Shown: positions 38,044-49,904 of the stretch, one piece after another | Layout: each line of letters starts with the position of its first letter | Numbering within the stretch: the stretch's first letter is position 1 | Origin: Pseudovirgaria hyperparasitica | Taxonomy: Eukaryota | DNA: 64,000 bases | Direction: 5' to 3' (one strand) | NCBI GenBank assembly: GCA_010093815.1 | Contig: ML996569.1 | The notes under the pieces: generated by a model | Databases searched by the model: none | What the model was told of the DNA's origin: nothing | The model's input: the letters and a program-made list of their open reading frames with translations, nothing else | Position numbers and translations under genes: made by a program

Positions 38044-38970
38044 TTAAACAAACTTTGACTTTGCTCTCGGCAATCTTGCACCGTCAAGCCAAACGTCAAC
38101 CTTCTCATTGTAGAAGCACGCATATCCAGCGATAGAAGCTACTTCTTGCTCGGGATACCTGTACCACCATATAAGATCCTTGATCGTGTGCTGTTTACCT
38201 TCGTGGTTTACTACCACGTCGAAGTATTCTGCGTCGCCTTTGTATGGACATTTCGTGATAGTCTTGCTAGGTCGCAACATTGAAGGGTCAATACAGGTCA
38301 TTGGTATGTAGAATCGTACAGGAAGATCGCCTTCAATGAGGCGATAGTACGAGGTTGATGTAGCGAGGACAAGACGGGTGTCTTGTAAGCAAAACGACAA
38401 TGGTCGAGTGGAAGGGAGGACAAAGATACGTTTCGTAGGGTCTTTAGGGTGTACGAAGATTGGAGATTCTTCCTCGTACCAAGCATCTATTGGTGCCAAT
38501 GTGAGCAGAAGTAAATTCGCGAGGAACGTAAGAAAGGTAATAAGCTCACCCATTTCACCAAAGGGCAGTCGGACGTATCCATTGAGAGAGCGACCTGCTC
38601 GCGAACAGTCCATCTCCCGGAAATGGATGACCTCAAACTTCTTCTTTCCAGTCTTCGAGGAGCTTACTTGCCATATGTCCGCGCTGTCAATCAAAACGTG
38701 AGTGCCTTCGTGCCAATGCTCGCCGGGGCGATCGCAGTCAAGCGTTTCCACGAGCTGCGCGTGCAGGTTGTCCCATTTCATGTCTACTTTGGGCACATAG
38801 AAGTATGGGTAGTAGGGATGTTCCCAAACGTATATCGCTTGGTTGGTGTCGCAAATGTAGTTTCCTTCGAAGACTACGCGTACACGTCGTTTCGCGTCCT
38901 GTGGGCGTGGCGTGACCGCATCTGGGCGCAGTAGAGCACGCACAACCTCTTTAGCATTGGAAGCTTGCAT
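38044..38970 (-). CDS. DUF427 (tandem-domain) protein, 2 exons
   Basis: YVWEHPYYPYFYVP, DAWYEEESPIFVHPKDP, TKCPYKGDAEYF, DLIWWYRYP, CFYNEKVD. Confidence 0.88.
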   Translation of the reverse strand: MQASNAKEVVRALLRPDAVTPRPQDAKRRVRVVFEGNYICDTNQAIYVWEHPYYPYFYVPKVDMKWDNLHAQLVETLDCDRPGEHWHEGTHVLIDSADIWQVSSSKTGKKKFEVIHFREMDCSRAGRSLNGYVRLPFGEMGELITFLTFLANLLLLTLAPIDAWYEEESPIFVHPKDPTKRIFVLPSTRPLSFCLQDTRLVLATSTSYYRLIEGDLPVRFYIPMTCIDPSMLRPSKTITKCPYKGDAEYFDVVVNHEGKQHTIKDLIWWYRYPEQEVASIAGYACFYNEKVDVWLDGARLPRAKSKFV

Positions 38971-39361
38971 TTCACGAGGCGCGAATGCGAAGTATCAATC
39001 AATTGACCGCTCTAGAAGTTCAGAGACAGAGCGGGAGTTCCACGAGGAGAGCCAAGGAGGTGGGGAAGGACGCTGAGTAAGCGAAGACGCCGGCAGAGCT
39101 TAAAGCTGAAATATAAACTATTATAGATGGCTTGATGGTGTCAACTATGTCCTGACATGCCGTATAAATCGAGCACTTAATGAGTGCTTATCAATGGCAA
39201 AAGTCGTTCAATACACATCACATCGCATACACGCACTCAATTGTGAACCCTGTTGAGCTGCGATATGAGAATTACATTTTCGCTCGTGCATATATGTCGT
39301 CTTTAACACCGCCAATTTTGAGTTTCGATATCGATGATTACGTTTTTCCTGGGGCACCAAC

Positions 39362-39866
39362 TCAGCCTTCCTGAGCAGCCGTACTCAACATGAAGTCCGG
39401 ACCCAGGACGATATCAAAGGGAGGATTCTTCTCTTCCACGACATAGAACCGCGAGCTAGCCGACGACAACTTCTTCGACTCCCCGACGGCCCAATGCAGG
39501 TCGATATAGCCCGTGCAACTGCTCCCGTCAATCTCGATCAGGCTACATGCCGCTCCATATTGCTCGCCAAAGGATGTGAACCCGACTTTCAAGGTCCTGG
39601 TCAGGAAATTGGGTGATATTAGGTTGTGCTGACGGGCATGGCTATGTACAGCTCTTCCGATCCGTACCTTGCCTGCCAAGGGCTGTGCACAGAGTTTGAT
39701 ATTGTATTCTGTGAGCCTGTCGTCACAATGCTTCAGGTATGTGATATCTGCTGGCATCTTGAAACTCGAAATAAGCATCTTTCCGTCACATATTCGTGGA
39801 ACATTATCTTACTTTAGTAGACCCAAAGTCTTGATTACGATAGTTATAACCAATTGCTTGAGTCAT
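39362..39866 (-). CDS. Retropepsin-fold protein lacking the catalytic D-T/S-G (putative pseudoprotease)
   Basis: GRAVHSHARQHNLISPNFL sits where ALxDTGxxxNxIS is expected, and the C-terminus FYVVEEKNPPFDIVLGPDFM matches the hhG.D strand. The upstream exon (ATG 39866) is tentative. Confidence 0.6.
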
Positions 39867-41635
39867 GAGGATCTTCCGCAGCGGCTCGTATATGGTAGAT
39901 CTTGTGATTATGATATGTTCTAACACGAAGAGGAATTACTCATTCGTGAAAGGGCCGATTGGGGCATTTAAAGGCGCCTGGATCGTCGTTTCGTGGTGCT
40001 TTTAGCATTTCTTAGACAATATTTGGGTGCTTTACTTGCTAGTTGCACTACAGCACGATATCGTTCGTCCATAGACTGCTTTCCTACAATAGTCGTCATG
40101 AACCCAGCGAAAAGGGCCCTGCTTATCGTGGACTCATTCCCGCTTCCCCGGCCAATTGTCTACGACTCTCCATATGAAGATTGACTTGGAGTGGAGTCTG
40201 TGCTGCTGATACGCCAATTACAATCTGATTGCATCTCATGGTGGGGAGCTCTGTGTCAGCAAAATATCAACCTTACGCACTACCCAAAGCGCCATAGCAA
40301 TGTGGGAACAGATGAGTCTCATTGTGTGGCCTGTACCATCATGCGAGGTAAGGGCTCAAGGTGAAAGATCCTCTGCCATAGCCATGCTCATGTCTAACGC
40401 AATCCCAGAAATAGTGGTGAAATGCCCCACTCATGGGCCATCTTCGCGTAACTGTGATGCAGGTAAACATGGACAAGGTAGCTGTGGTCTCTGCCGTGAC
40501 AAGGTTTGAGATAATCCTAGAGATGGTCACTCAGTGGTAAAGCTCGCGTTTAAACGAGGTCCAGGATAAGGCCTTCGTCATACCTAATGAGTGGCATATG
40601 ACAAGCTAGGGGAGAAATTGGAATTAGAATGGCAGGGAGCGAGAACGTTCCAAAGGTCGATGTACGACAACACCTCCTACCTGGTCACACGAGTTACTCC
40701 TTAGATTGTCACGTGAGTATCTATATCATTCATTGCCAACAAGAAGTTAATTCAGCACAGATGATATTTCGGCAAAGCTCCAGATTGAGTTTGACATTAC
40801 GAGGAGTTCTATACCGCAATTTTAGTTCTACTTCCCTCTTTATATCATCGTCAAACAAAGGACTATTACTCAAATTTGCCCTCAGAACATTGCTTCAGTA
40901 CTATTTCCGTGTTTTGGTGCCACTGCTATCCCAAAGACTTGACATATCGGCCCTCCAGATGCGGTATTCCGGTAGGTCTCACATGTGTTCATGTAGCAGT
41001 GGTACCTTTCCCCGTCTATCGATGCGACCGCCCTCTTCTACGTCATTTTACGAGTAAATGCAAGTGGCCGACTCCATTGTGACTCGGTGTCTCTTGGCTA
41101 CCCGTATATGCAGGCACAAGGACCAACAAGAAATGAGATTTTGTAGTCCGTTCGAGCATACATATGAACGAAACGTTCCGTGCTATACTCAAACGTGCTC
41201 GAGACCCACCTTTCTGCTTCAGTGACCGACCCACATGATCGGGCTTGAGAGAATCCGTGCAAAGTCATGCTTTCAACTATGCAAGTGTTTTGCCTCTTCT
41301 TGTGATAGTTTGACTTACCTGAACCAGGAAATGCTAGTGAAGGATGGCGCTGCCCTTTACATATGCCACAGTTATTCGCCACTTGGGTCTGCCCTATGTG
41401 ACGCACGAACGTCGGACAGATTGTTTGCTGTTATCTAAACAAGAAGTTCGTGCAGATTCATGCACATACGAAGATAGCATGATATATCCTGTGCCATGAC
41501 GGGTACTTGCGGAAACAACTGCGCCGTAGCAAGAGCCCTTGAATTGGAGACAGGTAATTGCGAATCTAGAGAGCTTCGTAGTACACTCTGAGAGATGTCA
41601 TTGAAAAGAAGTCAGTATCCGCCCATATCAGCACG

Positions 41636-42713
41636 ATGTTCCACTCAGGAACCCTCTGCACCAATATGGAGATGTCTGAAATACCTGACCAACCTCCTCC
41701 GAGCTTGATTACGGACTTAGAAAGCGGCAGTATAAAGAATGATTTGGCGGCTGGTTATCCACGCCTAGCACAAGAAATGAGTAACTTTCCTGAAACTACT
41801 ATTATTCGAAGCTTCTCATGCTTGGCTACGCGGATACTCCTCTATATGCAAGCTGAGTTGACGGGTCTCCATACTAGACTGCTTACCGTGGAAGACTGCA
41901 TCAGTAAGAATGAAGACCGACCATTGTATGCTGTTGATTGGGCATCAGCATTATCAGTAAGGATGGATCAGAGCACTGACGGAAGTTTTGAAGCTGAGCA
42001 TAGCGGCTTGGTCACGAAAATACGGCATGTTATGAAGGAATACTGTAAGTAAACAGAGCCATTATCGCCTAGAAGCTTCTAATGAGACTGTAGATAAGTT
42101 TGTCATTCTTACAAACAGTGTATATTCTCTCAAAGAGCCCAGCCAGTACGACCTTGCACACATACAGAGCTTACTTTCGAGCGACATGATGGGCCCCTGT
42201 GCGATGGTTGGAGACGATTTCAACACGTGGGGCTCCATAGAGCAACCAACAGCGGCCTCTCCGGATCTATTCGCTATGACTAGCCGAGAAACGATGGATC
42301 CTTTCTCAGAATTCTTCGTTGTTCGATTCGTTAGAACGCTTCTTCGATTTAACGGCTTTGGAATGTTCAAACCAAGCACCTTCGGAGGTTCGAAGGCCTA
42401 CAGAATCAAGACGATATCTCACATAGCAAGAGCAATCACAACTATGATAATGGCCTTCTTCACGAGTTCGGCGATCATCAGTCTATATTTCGTACAACGT
42501 AAAGACTTGAAGGTCGCTATGGCGGTTGTGTATATCTTCTTGGGCGCTACGTCCCTGAACTTCCTGGGACTACCAACCCACATTGAGATATTCATATTCA
42601 TTGCCACGTAAGACACCTAGCCTGATGCATATCAACATCACTAATTACGCAGACTTTCCGCTGTATTTGTCACGCTTATCTTAAATCAGGGTACTCTCGA
42701 CAATATCTTATAG
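41636..42713 (+). CDS. DUF6594-type membrane protein, copy 2 (introns 42045-42093, 42608-42652)
   Basis: GYPRLAQEM..IIRSFSCLATRILLYMQAELTGL; P..YDL..IQ; WGSI....PDL; three C-terminal TM segments. Both introns match the position and phase of introns in copy 1. Confidence 0.85.
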
Positions 42714-43093
42714 ATGCAAGCCTGACACAAAGTCTCTACTCTGAGTCACTGAAGTCATCAATCCGTGGAGGCTTTTCAACGATGGTCAACTTTAAGCAAT
42801 CTTTGTGTTTCGTTGCCTACTGTGGCTGAATGAGCATCGACCTCAAAGGAATATATTATGCATCAGTGCTCTTGATATCATTACGTTAGCCCTCCTTCAT
42901 AGAAGATTTCATACTATTGTTTTTGACTTAAAACCCTGAATGAAGATAAGTTACTCTTTATGGTAGTAAAGCATATGAAGATGTGATAAATTCTGCATCA
43001 ATATCATCGATCGTCACTTGAATACAACATACTGCTTAGCCAACAAATACAGATCGCTCAGAAAGCAGCGAGACGGGCTATCTTAAATCGATG

Positions 43094-44091
43094 TCAGCTC
43101 TGCTGGCCTTGCGTGCTTTGTGTATTTTGAGTGCTCTGTCTGTTCGATGTGTTGGGCGTGTTTTGTGCGTTTTGCCCCAGTTGCGCCATTCGCGCGTTAT
43201 GACGAGCGTTGTTCTGAGCTCTGCTCTGCTGTACATTGCGTTCCTGCTCATTGCGAGCCTGCTCATAGTTCGGAGCTATTGTATCTAATCAGTCGCATTA
43301 GAGCCGATTGGATGAGAAGTACGTACATTTGGTGTAAGACTGCATGTAGTAACCTTGCGTCATCAACAGTTGAGGATGCGGCCTGTATAGATCATGCTCA
43401 TTCATCGTATCCGACCCAATGATGACCTCAATTGACCTTGATTGAGCTCGTCCATTTTGAATATTTTCGTCTCCGTCATACAAGACAAAAAAGTCTCCAT
43501 ACCAGAATTTAGAAAGTAAATGCAAGGCAGTCCCTTCCGAGTCCAATACTTCGCGCTGACTCGGTGACCGGCTGAAACGAACATCTTTGATCTCTCCAAG
43601 AGCGTATACTGGACAGCCTTGGATAGACTCTGCAACTACGCGCGGCCCATCTTCGTAGTTCATGTATGGAATATGGTTGTTGTGAAGCCATTCCAAGGTA
43701 ACATAATTATATGTGCTCCCGGTGTCGAATATTGCAACGCCATAGCGTAGCAGATCGTCATCCCCTTCGGTACTACAGATGAACTGGAGTGTCCTTTCGA
43801 AAGCATTGCTCTCTGGCAGTGAATAATTTGCGTTCTGCCCTTCCGTAGGAATCACAGAACTCTTTGTACATGGTTCCGGATATGGATCTGCCAAAGTAGA
43901 AGTCTCGCTCTAAGACTTTGTCAGTTCCGCTGTGAACGCGAATTGAGCTTGCGAAAGTAGTGAGATTGAGGCGCTTCGAGGGGTAGGTTGTAATTGGACT
44001 CTATAGCTCCTACCTCACTCTGATGGCTCACTACACCGCAACACAAAGTTCTCACGGCTCTCCGGAGATGATAACGGGTAAGAAGCTTCAT
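43094..44091 (-). CDS. Retroviral-type (retropepsin) aspartic protease with a Q/N-rich tail (exons 44014-44091, 43327-43909, 43094-43284)
   Basis: VAIFDTGSTYNYVT catalytic motif and IEVIIGSD strand. A 42-nt GT-AG intron leads to NYEQARNEQERNVQQSRAQNN...QGQQS*. Exon 1 (MKLLTRYHLRRAVRTLCCG) is in frame but tentative. Confidence 0.8.
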
Positions 44092-44600
44092 TTCGTGCCG
44101 GTTATCTTCTTCTACTGTGGCTATTGGTCTAGTGTTTGTTTGAGGGATATATTATTTCACTCACTTGACTCAAGAGACTTCACGCTGTCGTACCGTATAA
44201 TGTAGCAAGGCTGGCAAGTCTTGAATGCAGATGAAGTGAGTTTGAGCTTTGCCCCTAGATTTCAGAGATTATCAAACGAGATGTAGAGAATATGGTTGCC
44301 TGGATCAATGGAAGATCAAGAACGTCAGTAATCTTTTTGCTTTCATTAGAACTTGAGCATAGCAGCCCACGGTAGGATAGGTTTTAACCTGATTTATGAT
44401 ACAACAGAAACGAGTGGGGGTCTACACGTGCGGCGTTGAATAGTCTCTCCTGATTGGAGTACTTTGCCCCTGAGATCAGACGACATAGCGAACTGCACGA
44501 AAAGGCGACTCATGACGCCTTACGCCATTTTCCAGATCATATAAAGACGCGCAGTGATGCTTATGCCGAGGCGTCCTTCGCATTCAAGTCTCATCGTCAC

Positions 44601-45062
44601 CAGACGTGAGCATATACAATCGGATACAATCCAAGGTCCTAGATTAGGATTGTATGATTAGTCACTCTAAAAGTACGGATTAAGCTTGGAATCTATACCA
44701 AGGGATTGAGATTGATTGTGTTAGATTGAATAAAGTAGGGTATATACCTATATATAGCCCGGGGCCCTATCTTAGGCCATATTCAGGCATCATTTCTGCC
44801 TAAGGCCTGTACTTTAGCCTTAGGCTCTAATATAGTAGCCTTAGGCAGAAATGATGCCTGAATATGGCCCAAGATAGGGCCCGCGGCTATATATAGGTAT
44901 ATATCCCACTTTATTCAATCTAACACAATCAATCTGACAAATCGGATTGAGATTGTACCGTCTTGGCAATCATTTTGAGGCGTGGATTGAGCTTGTATTC
45001 TCTATTAAAATTTTGGCCCAGATTGAGATTGCACAGATTCGGATTGTATATGCCCATCTCTG
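44601..45062. mobile_element. Non-autonomous hAT-type DNA transposon (MITE), 462 bp
   Basis: Perfect 8-bp TSD ATCGTCAC at 44593-44600 and 45063-45070. Imperfect TIRs CAGACGTGAGCATATACAATC / CAGAGATGGGCATATACAATC. Subterminal GGATTGAG(A/C)TTG repeats. Confidence 0.9.
44709..44935. repeat. 98-bp inverted repeat (foldback) inside the hAT element
   Basis: Arms 44709-44806 and 44838-44935 are near-perfect reverse complements around a 31-nt loop. Confidence 0.92.
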
Positions 45063-46299
45063 ATCGTCACGAAACTTAGCCTTTTTGGTTCAAGCGGACG
45101 TGATCTGGCATAGCATTCGGGCCTTTGTCGACGACTATATCGGGATATCACGGAAAACAGCAAAGGCAAATCTAGGAAGCTGCCAGGAAGAGATCCGACT
45201 GTTGGCTGCGAAGCATGCTGTGTCGATTCCAGATCAGTGAGCGATTCCTAGGACTACTCAACTACGTAGTCTCCTAGGGTCACAGTACGGTCGAGACTCT
45301 CAATGTAGACAGCCAGAGTCTTCGTCAGGAAGGGAGCGTCGAAGCCTAGCGTGGCACATACATGTTGTGAGCATGCGTTGGACGTATGAGTTGAGCGGCA
45401 AGCGCGTTATTCCAGGGCTGTCGGAGCCCCCACGCTTTTGTACTGACCGCATCCACCGTACTAAACACTCATCAGCACTGGTCGGATAAATGAGGACTCA
45501 AGAAATTCCTCCCAGCAAACGTGGGGTATATTTCTCACCTTCCAGGGATTCGTTAGACTGTGCTTCTGATATATTAGATGCTTGAATGGAAGAAAGCCAC
45601 AAAGACTCCCTCTCGATCGACCGGTGGCTACGTAAACCATCCTTTGGAGAGGATAACTTCTCCATGGGTAGGCAACTCGAAGGGCTGTATAAATTTTGAT
45701 TCTATAGGTCGAACAGGTCAGTTCTTATAGAGAAGAGGTTCTAAATTTGTTATGTTGACTTGGATCTTTTGCGTAGCAACTGTAGGATCTCTGGGTCCCA
45801 TGCAATTGCACATGCCATATAGAACCATTGGCGCCACGTCGGTATGCTGTGCAATGCCTCTCACATTAGCGATGCCAGAGCTAAGAGAGTATCGAAGCCT
45901 GACTATATGGCCATGGATGCATACATCCATGCTTATTTGCCGAACAAATGCGGGGAAATCTCGAAAGCGCCTGTAGCGCTTGAAGATACAACCAACCTTG
46001 GAAAAGTTCAAGTGACACAATGCTGGTAGAGAGCGAGAGGTTACGAGGTATCGTCAAAGCTAGAATAGGATGATGTATTCGGGTTCAAAGATCTGACATA
46101 TCAAACTATGTGGACATGAATCACACTAGGCACCTGCTGTTAACAAAGGTTATAGGGACCCTTCCCGACGCAAGCAGACAAACCCTTGTCTATATGAGTT
46201 CTGGAGCTAGTCCATCCGTGGAAACCAACATATCGGATTGTTCTGCACCTCGAGTCATCTATATGTTTAGAGACAATTTTGTGCCATTATACATGACTA

Positions 46300-46949
46300 G
46301 CAACTAATGATAGTGTTTTAAGGTGTAGAAAGTAGTAGACCCGTTAAAATTTTAATGAGATCTCTATCTGGGTCATATATATAAATCTGTAACATTATCT
46401 TTGGTCCTACATACTTCTTCGTATTAGTAAATAAGCATCTACTATCTGTGTTATATAGATCTTTGTATATATATATATATATAGTTTTCTTAGCTAAAGT
46501 ATCTTCTAATTCATGATTCTCTACTAACTTATGAAATGAATCCAATGTATATACTAAAGTCAAGATGGGTTGACATATATTTCGATAAATAGTATCCTTT
46601 TATGTATAATTAGTAACTTCAGTGGATATCACATCCGACTATATCTTTACCTAGGGAGCCTAACCGCCTGTTTATCTAGAACCTTCTTCTGTTGATTGAT
46701 GATTAATATAATACTCAAAGTATTGTAAGCTGGTATCGTTTGTATAATCATGATATAGGAGTAACGTTTCAAGTCTACCTTGGAAACCGCTAGCTAGTTT
46801 TGAATAACAACTCGTTGATAGTTCCTATTAGAGGTAAGTTCTCTATAATATTTCCTCTATTCTTTTATCGATAACATATTGTTTATAGACAGGATATACT
46901 ATCTTGTCTGACTATCTCGAGGTATTACCTATCAATTAACGAGTTCTAT

Positions 46950-46950
<1 letters not shown>
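46300..46950. other. AT/TpA-rich RIP-like degraded tract of unknown origin
   Basis: Abrupt drop in GC, many TA dinucleotides, no credible ORF. Confidence 0.55.
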
Positions 46951-47044
<94 letters not shown>

Positions 47045-47054
47045 NNNNNNNNNN

Positions 47055-47148
<94 letters not shown>
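46951..47148 (+). repeat. (CAGA)n microsatellite spanning a 10-N assembly gap
   Basis: Directly visible; Ns at 47045-47054. Confidence 0.98.
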
Positions 47149-47149
<1 letters not shown>

Positions 47150-48230
47150 TAGAGTATACAGTCAAACTACCAAACACAAGACTCCCATAAAAGCCTAGAA
47201 GCGCCCAAGAAAAATGTCTATCGTGCTGCGAGGAAACAAAACTACATAATCTCCAGCTTGGTGCAAGCAAACTGAGAGGAGACAAAGGACGCGATACGAC
47301 AAACTACACATCACATCACATCACATCACATACGACACATTCCTAGCCGTGAGGCATGTCCAAATGCCTCTTATTTACCCCCATCCATTCATTCCAGAGA
47401 ACTGCACCCATCATGAATCCATCCACGCACATTCGCAATCATTCATCACCAGAAACACACAACACGCACACAATACAAAGACCAGTACTTTGGAATTTAC
47501 ATACGTACATAGTACAGAAAAGCCAGGCCCAAGACTAGAACGAATACTAATACGCGGATAAAACTAGAAAAAGACAAAAAAAACTCAAAACAGGTGAAAA
47601 AGTGTCCGAAGGTGAATGTCGCTCTCTCCACATGCCGCCGGGGGACGTACGTACAAGACAACCAAAGAAAACAAAAACAGGACAGAAGACCCACGTATAA
47701 GACAACAAAAGAACACCGAACAAAAAGCAAAGCGAGAAGAACACAAAAAGATGCAAAACGCTGATGTTGTAGTTGTTGTATGCAATGATGTGCGGATCCA
47801 GATGCACTTATGCGGTTGAGCAACGCCATGTATGCCATGCCAGATGACGGTTCGCTGGCCGGCCGGCTCAGATGCGCCACGCATCCGGTAAACAAGAACA
47901 AAGAGACATGGATGAACGCCGGACAGATGCGCCGATAAAGACGCCTATGCTATGCAGATAGCAGAACGAAACAATGAGATGTGCGCTGGTTGGGAGACAT
48001 AGAAGCCGGTTGTATGTCCATGGAAATGCAAGAAAAGTGCGAGACGCCGGGTATCATTTGGGTGGTTTTGGTGGCGATACAATGAGATGCGAAGATGCGA
48101 TTGAAGCAAAGAGCAGTGTTTTACGGTGGGTCACTTGAACAAAGGACGGCTTGCGAGTGACAAGATGCGATGTTGTTGACGTTCCTGGTTAGACTGATGG
48201 ATCGCCGTGTAAGCGTACCGAACCATGCTT

Positions 48231-49904
48231 TCAGCTTCTTCTTCGCCGACGTGGTGGCTGGGCGTCTGGGAGTGGTGGCAGAACGGTGTCTTCCGGGCCC
48301 AGCTCACCCGTCAACCACTGGCCCATGAATGTCTGCCATCTCCTCAAGTCCTGATCTTTCGTACGCTCTCGCTCTCGTCGATGTCGCACGAGCTTTTCTG
48401 CTGTTTGTATCAGCATTGTCCGCGGAGGCGCGTACGTGTCATGGTCGTGGTCGAAATCTCGGTTCAGGTACTTTTCAGTCACCTCTTCCATTCTCCGCAG
48501 ACTCGCGCCACCGGGAACAATGATCTCCATGTTCGTCTCTGGATCGATCCAAGGCCCTTTCTCCCAGTTGTCGAGCTTCATCGTTTCCAGACCGCTTGAG
48601 ACGTTGAGTCTCTTGTACCACTTATGCTGTCCTCTGGCAGTGCTAAGCATAGTGCGGTGCGTTTGTTCACCTTCCGTGTACTTGACCATGAGGTTCTTGA
48701 CGACAGCAAATTTCTCGGACGCAGTCTTCATGACCTTCAATTGGCCCAAAGGTCCAGGCCATGCACTGGCAAACCCATCATGCGCCTCGTTTGGCTTTCC
48801 AGTGCCGACCGAAAGAAGCAGGCTTGGTTCTTGATCCTCGCCATACATGCTGAGGAACTCAGACCACGCTGCGGACGCGGGATTATTTTCACGGATTCCG
48901 CCATCCTTGAAGCTCTTGACCTCCCCTCTGATGTCTGCCTCGAGAGCTTTGAAATAGAACGGCGCGGCTGAAGTGGCACGAGTAACTTGCCAGATTCGCA
49001 GTGGGTCAGCGCCCTCGTTGTATTTAATGAGCCAGTCGGCAAACTGGACTCGGGTGTTGTATCGGTGGTTGTAGGAGCGAAGAAGGTAGGCCTCGTCGAT
49101 CTTGCCAGAGTGCGTTGCGGTCAAGCATATACTACTAGAATGAGCATGATTCTCAGTGAATGGTATGCAAAACGTACCTTTGACAGATGCGCTCTTCAGA
49201 AATATCAGGTACCCAGGGGTCGTCTGGATTGCGACCTTTTGTCTCGAGATTCCAAGGATGCCAATCCTGGCCATCACATTGCCCTCGCGGATGTGTCTTG
49301 CAGTACGTTTTGACTATTCGCTGTACAGCAGTCTCTAGCGGCCGGTGGAAGTACTTCGTGGCTAGCGGCACGCGAGTCCTTCTGTGGCCAAACAGATCGT
49401 TTCCAACCTCTCGGTAAATCTTCAGGCATTGCGGGACGCTCATTCGCAGTCTTCCTAGCATAGTGGCGATGAGGCCACCTGTACTCGTTCCATACATGTA
49501 ATCGAAGTAGTGGCACGGTAGAAGCTCGTTTACCGCGTAGGACCGCGAAGTCGCGCCAGGAATTGGACCCTCTTCTCTTTCTAGTTTGCGTTCCCATGTT
49601 GATATCTCGCGCATGAGCTGGAGGAGTATGAGGAGAGTCGAATAACCACGGATACCTCCGCCATCTGCATGATTGTCAGCTTAGATCGCATGCATGACAG
49701 CGCACTAGTTAAAGCGTGCGCGAGGAGGATGCTGAGCTTACCAAGGGTGAGTATCAAGGGGTCCCACGCATCAACGACTCTGCGCGACCAAGCACGACCT
49801 GAAGTGACGTCCTCGTTCTCGGAGTTGTTTGTAATGACGCTTAGTGGACGACTCGAGGAGAGGTTCGGGGATAGTCCCTGGGAGAGTGAAGCTTGAAGCG
49901 ACAT
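48231..49904 (-). CDS. Patatin-like phospholipase (iPLA2-like), catalytic motifs intact, 3 exons
   Basis: LILTL-intron-DGGGIRG; GTSTG nucleophile elbow; RATSAAPFYF; KDGG. The second intron (49135-49177) is 43 nt with a NAGNAG acceptor. Confidence 0.92.

Noticed and set aside
43298..43894. Protease as part of an LTR retrotransposon
   Set aside because: It has spliceosomal introns and no gag, RT, RNase H, integrase or paired LTRs nearby.
46932..47285. ORF with (SVCL)n repeats
   Set aside because: Translation of the CAGA microsatellite across an assembly gap.
47497..47901. Hydrophobic minus-strand ORFs
   Set aside because: T-rich low-complexity sequence, probably the 3' UTR/terminator region of the patatin gene.
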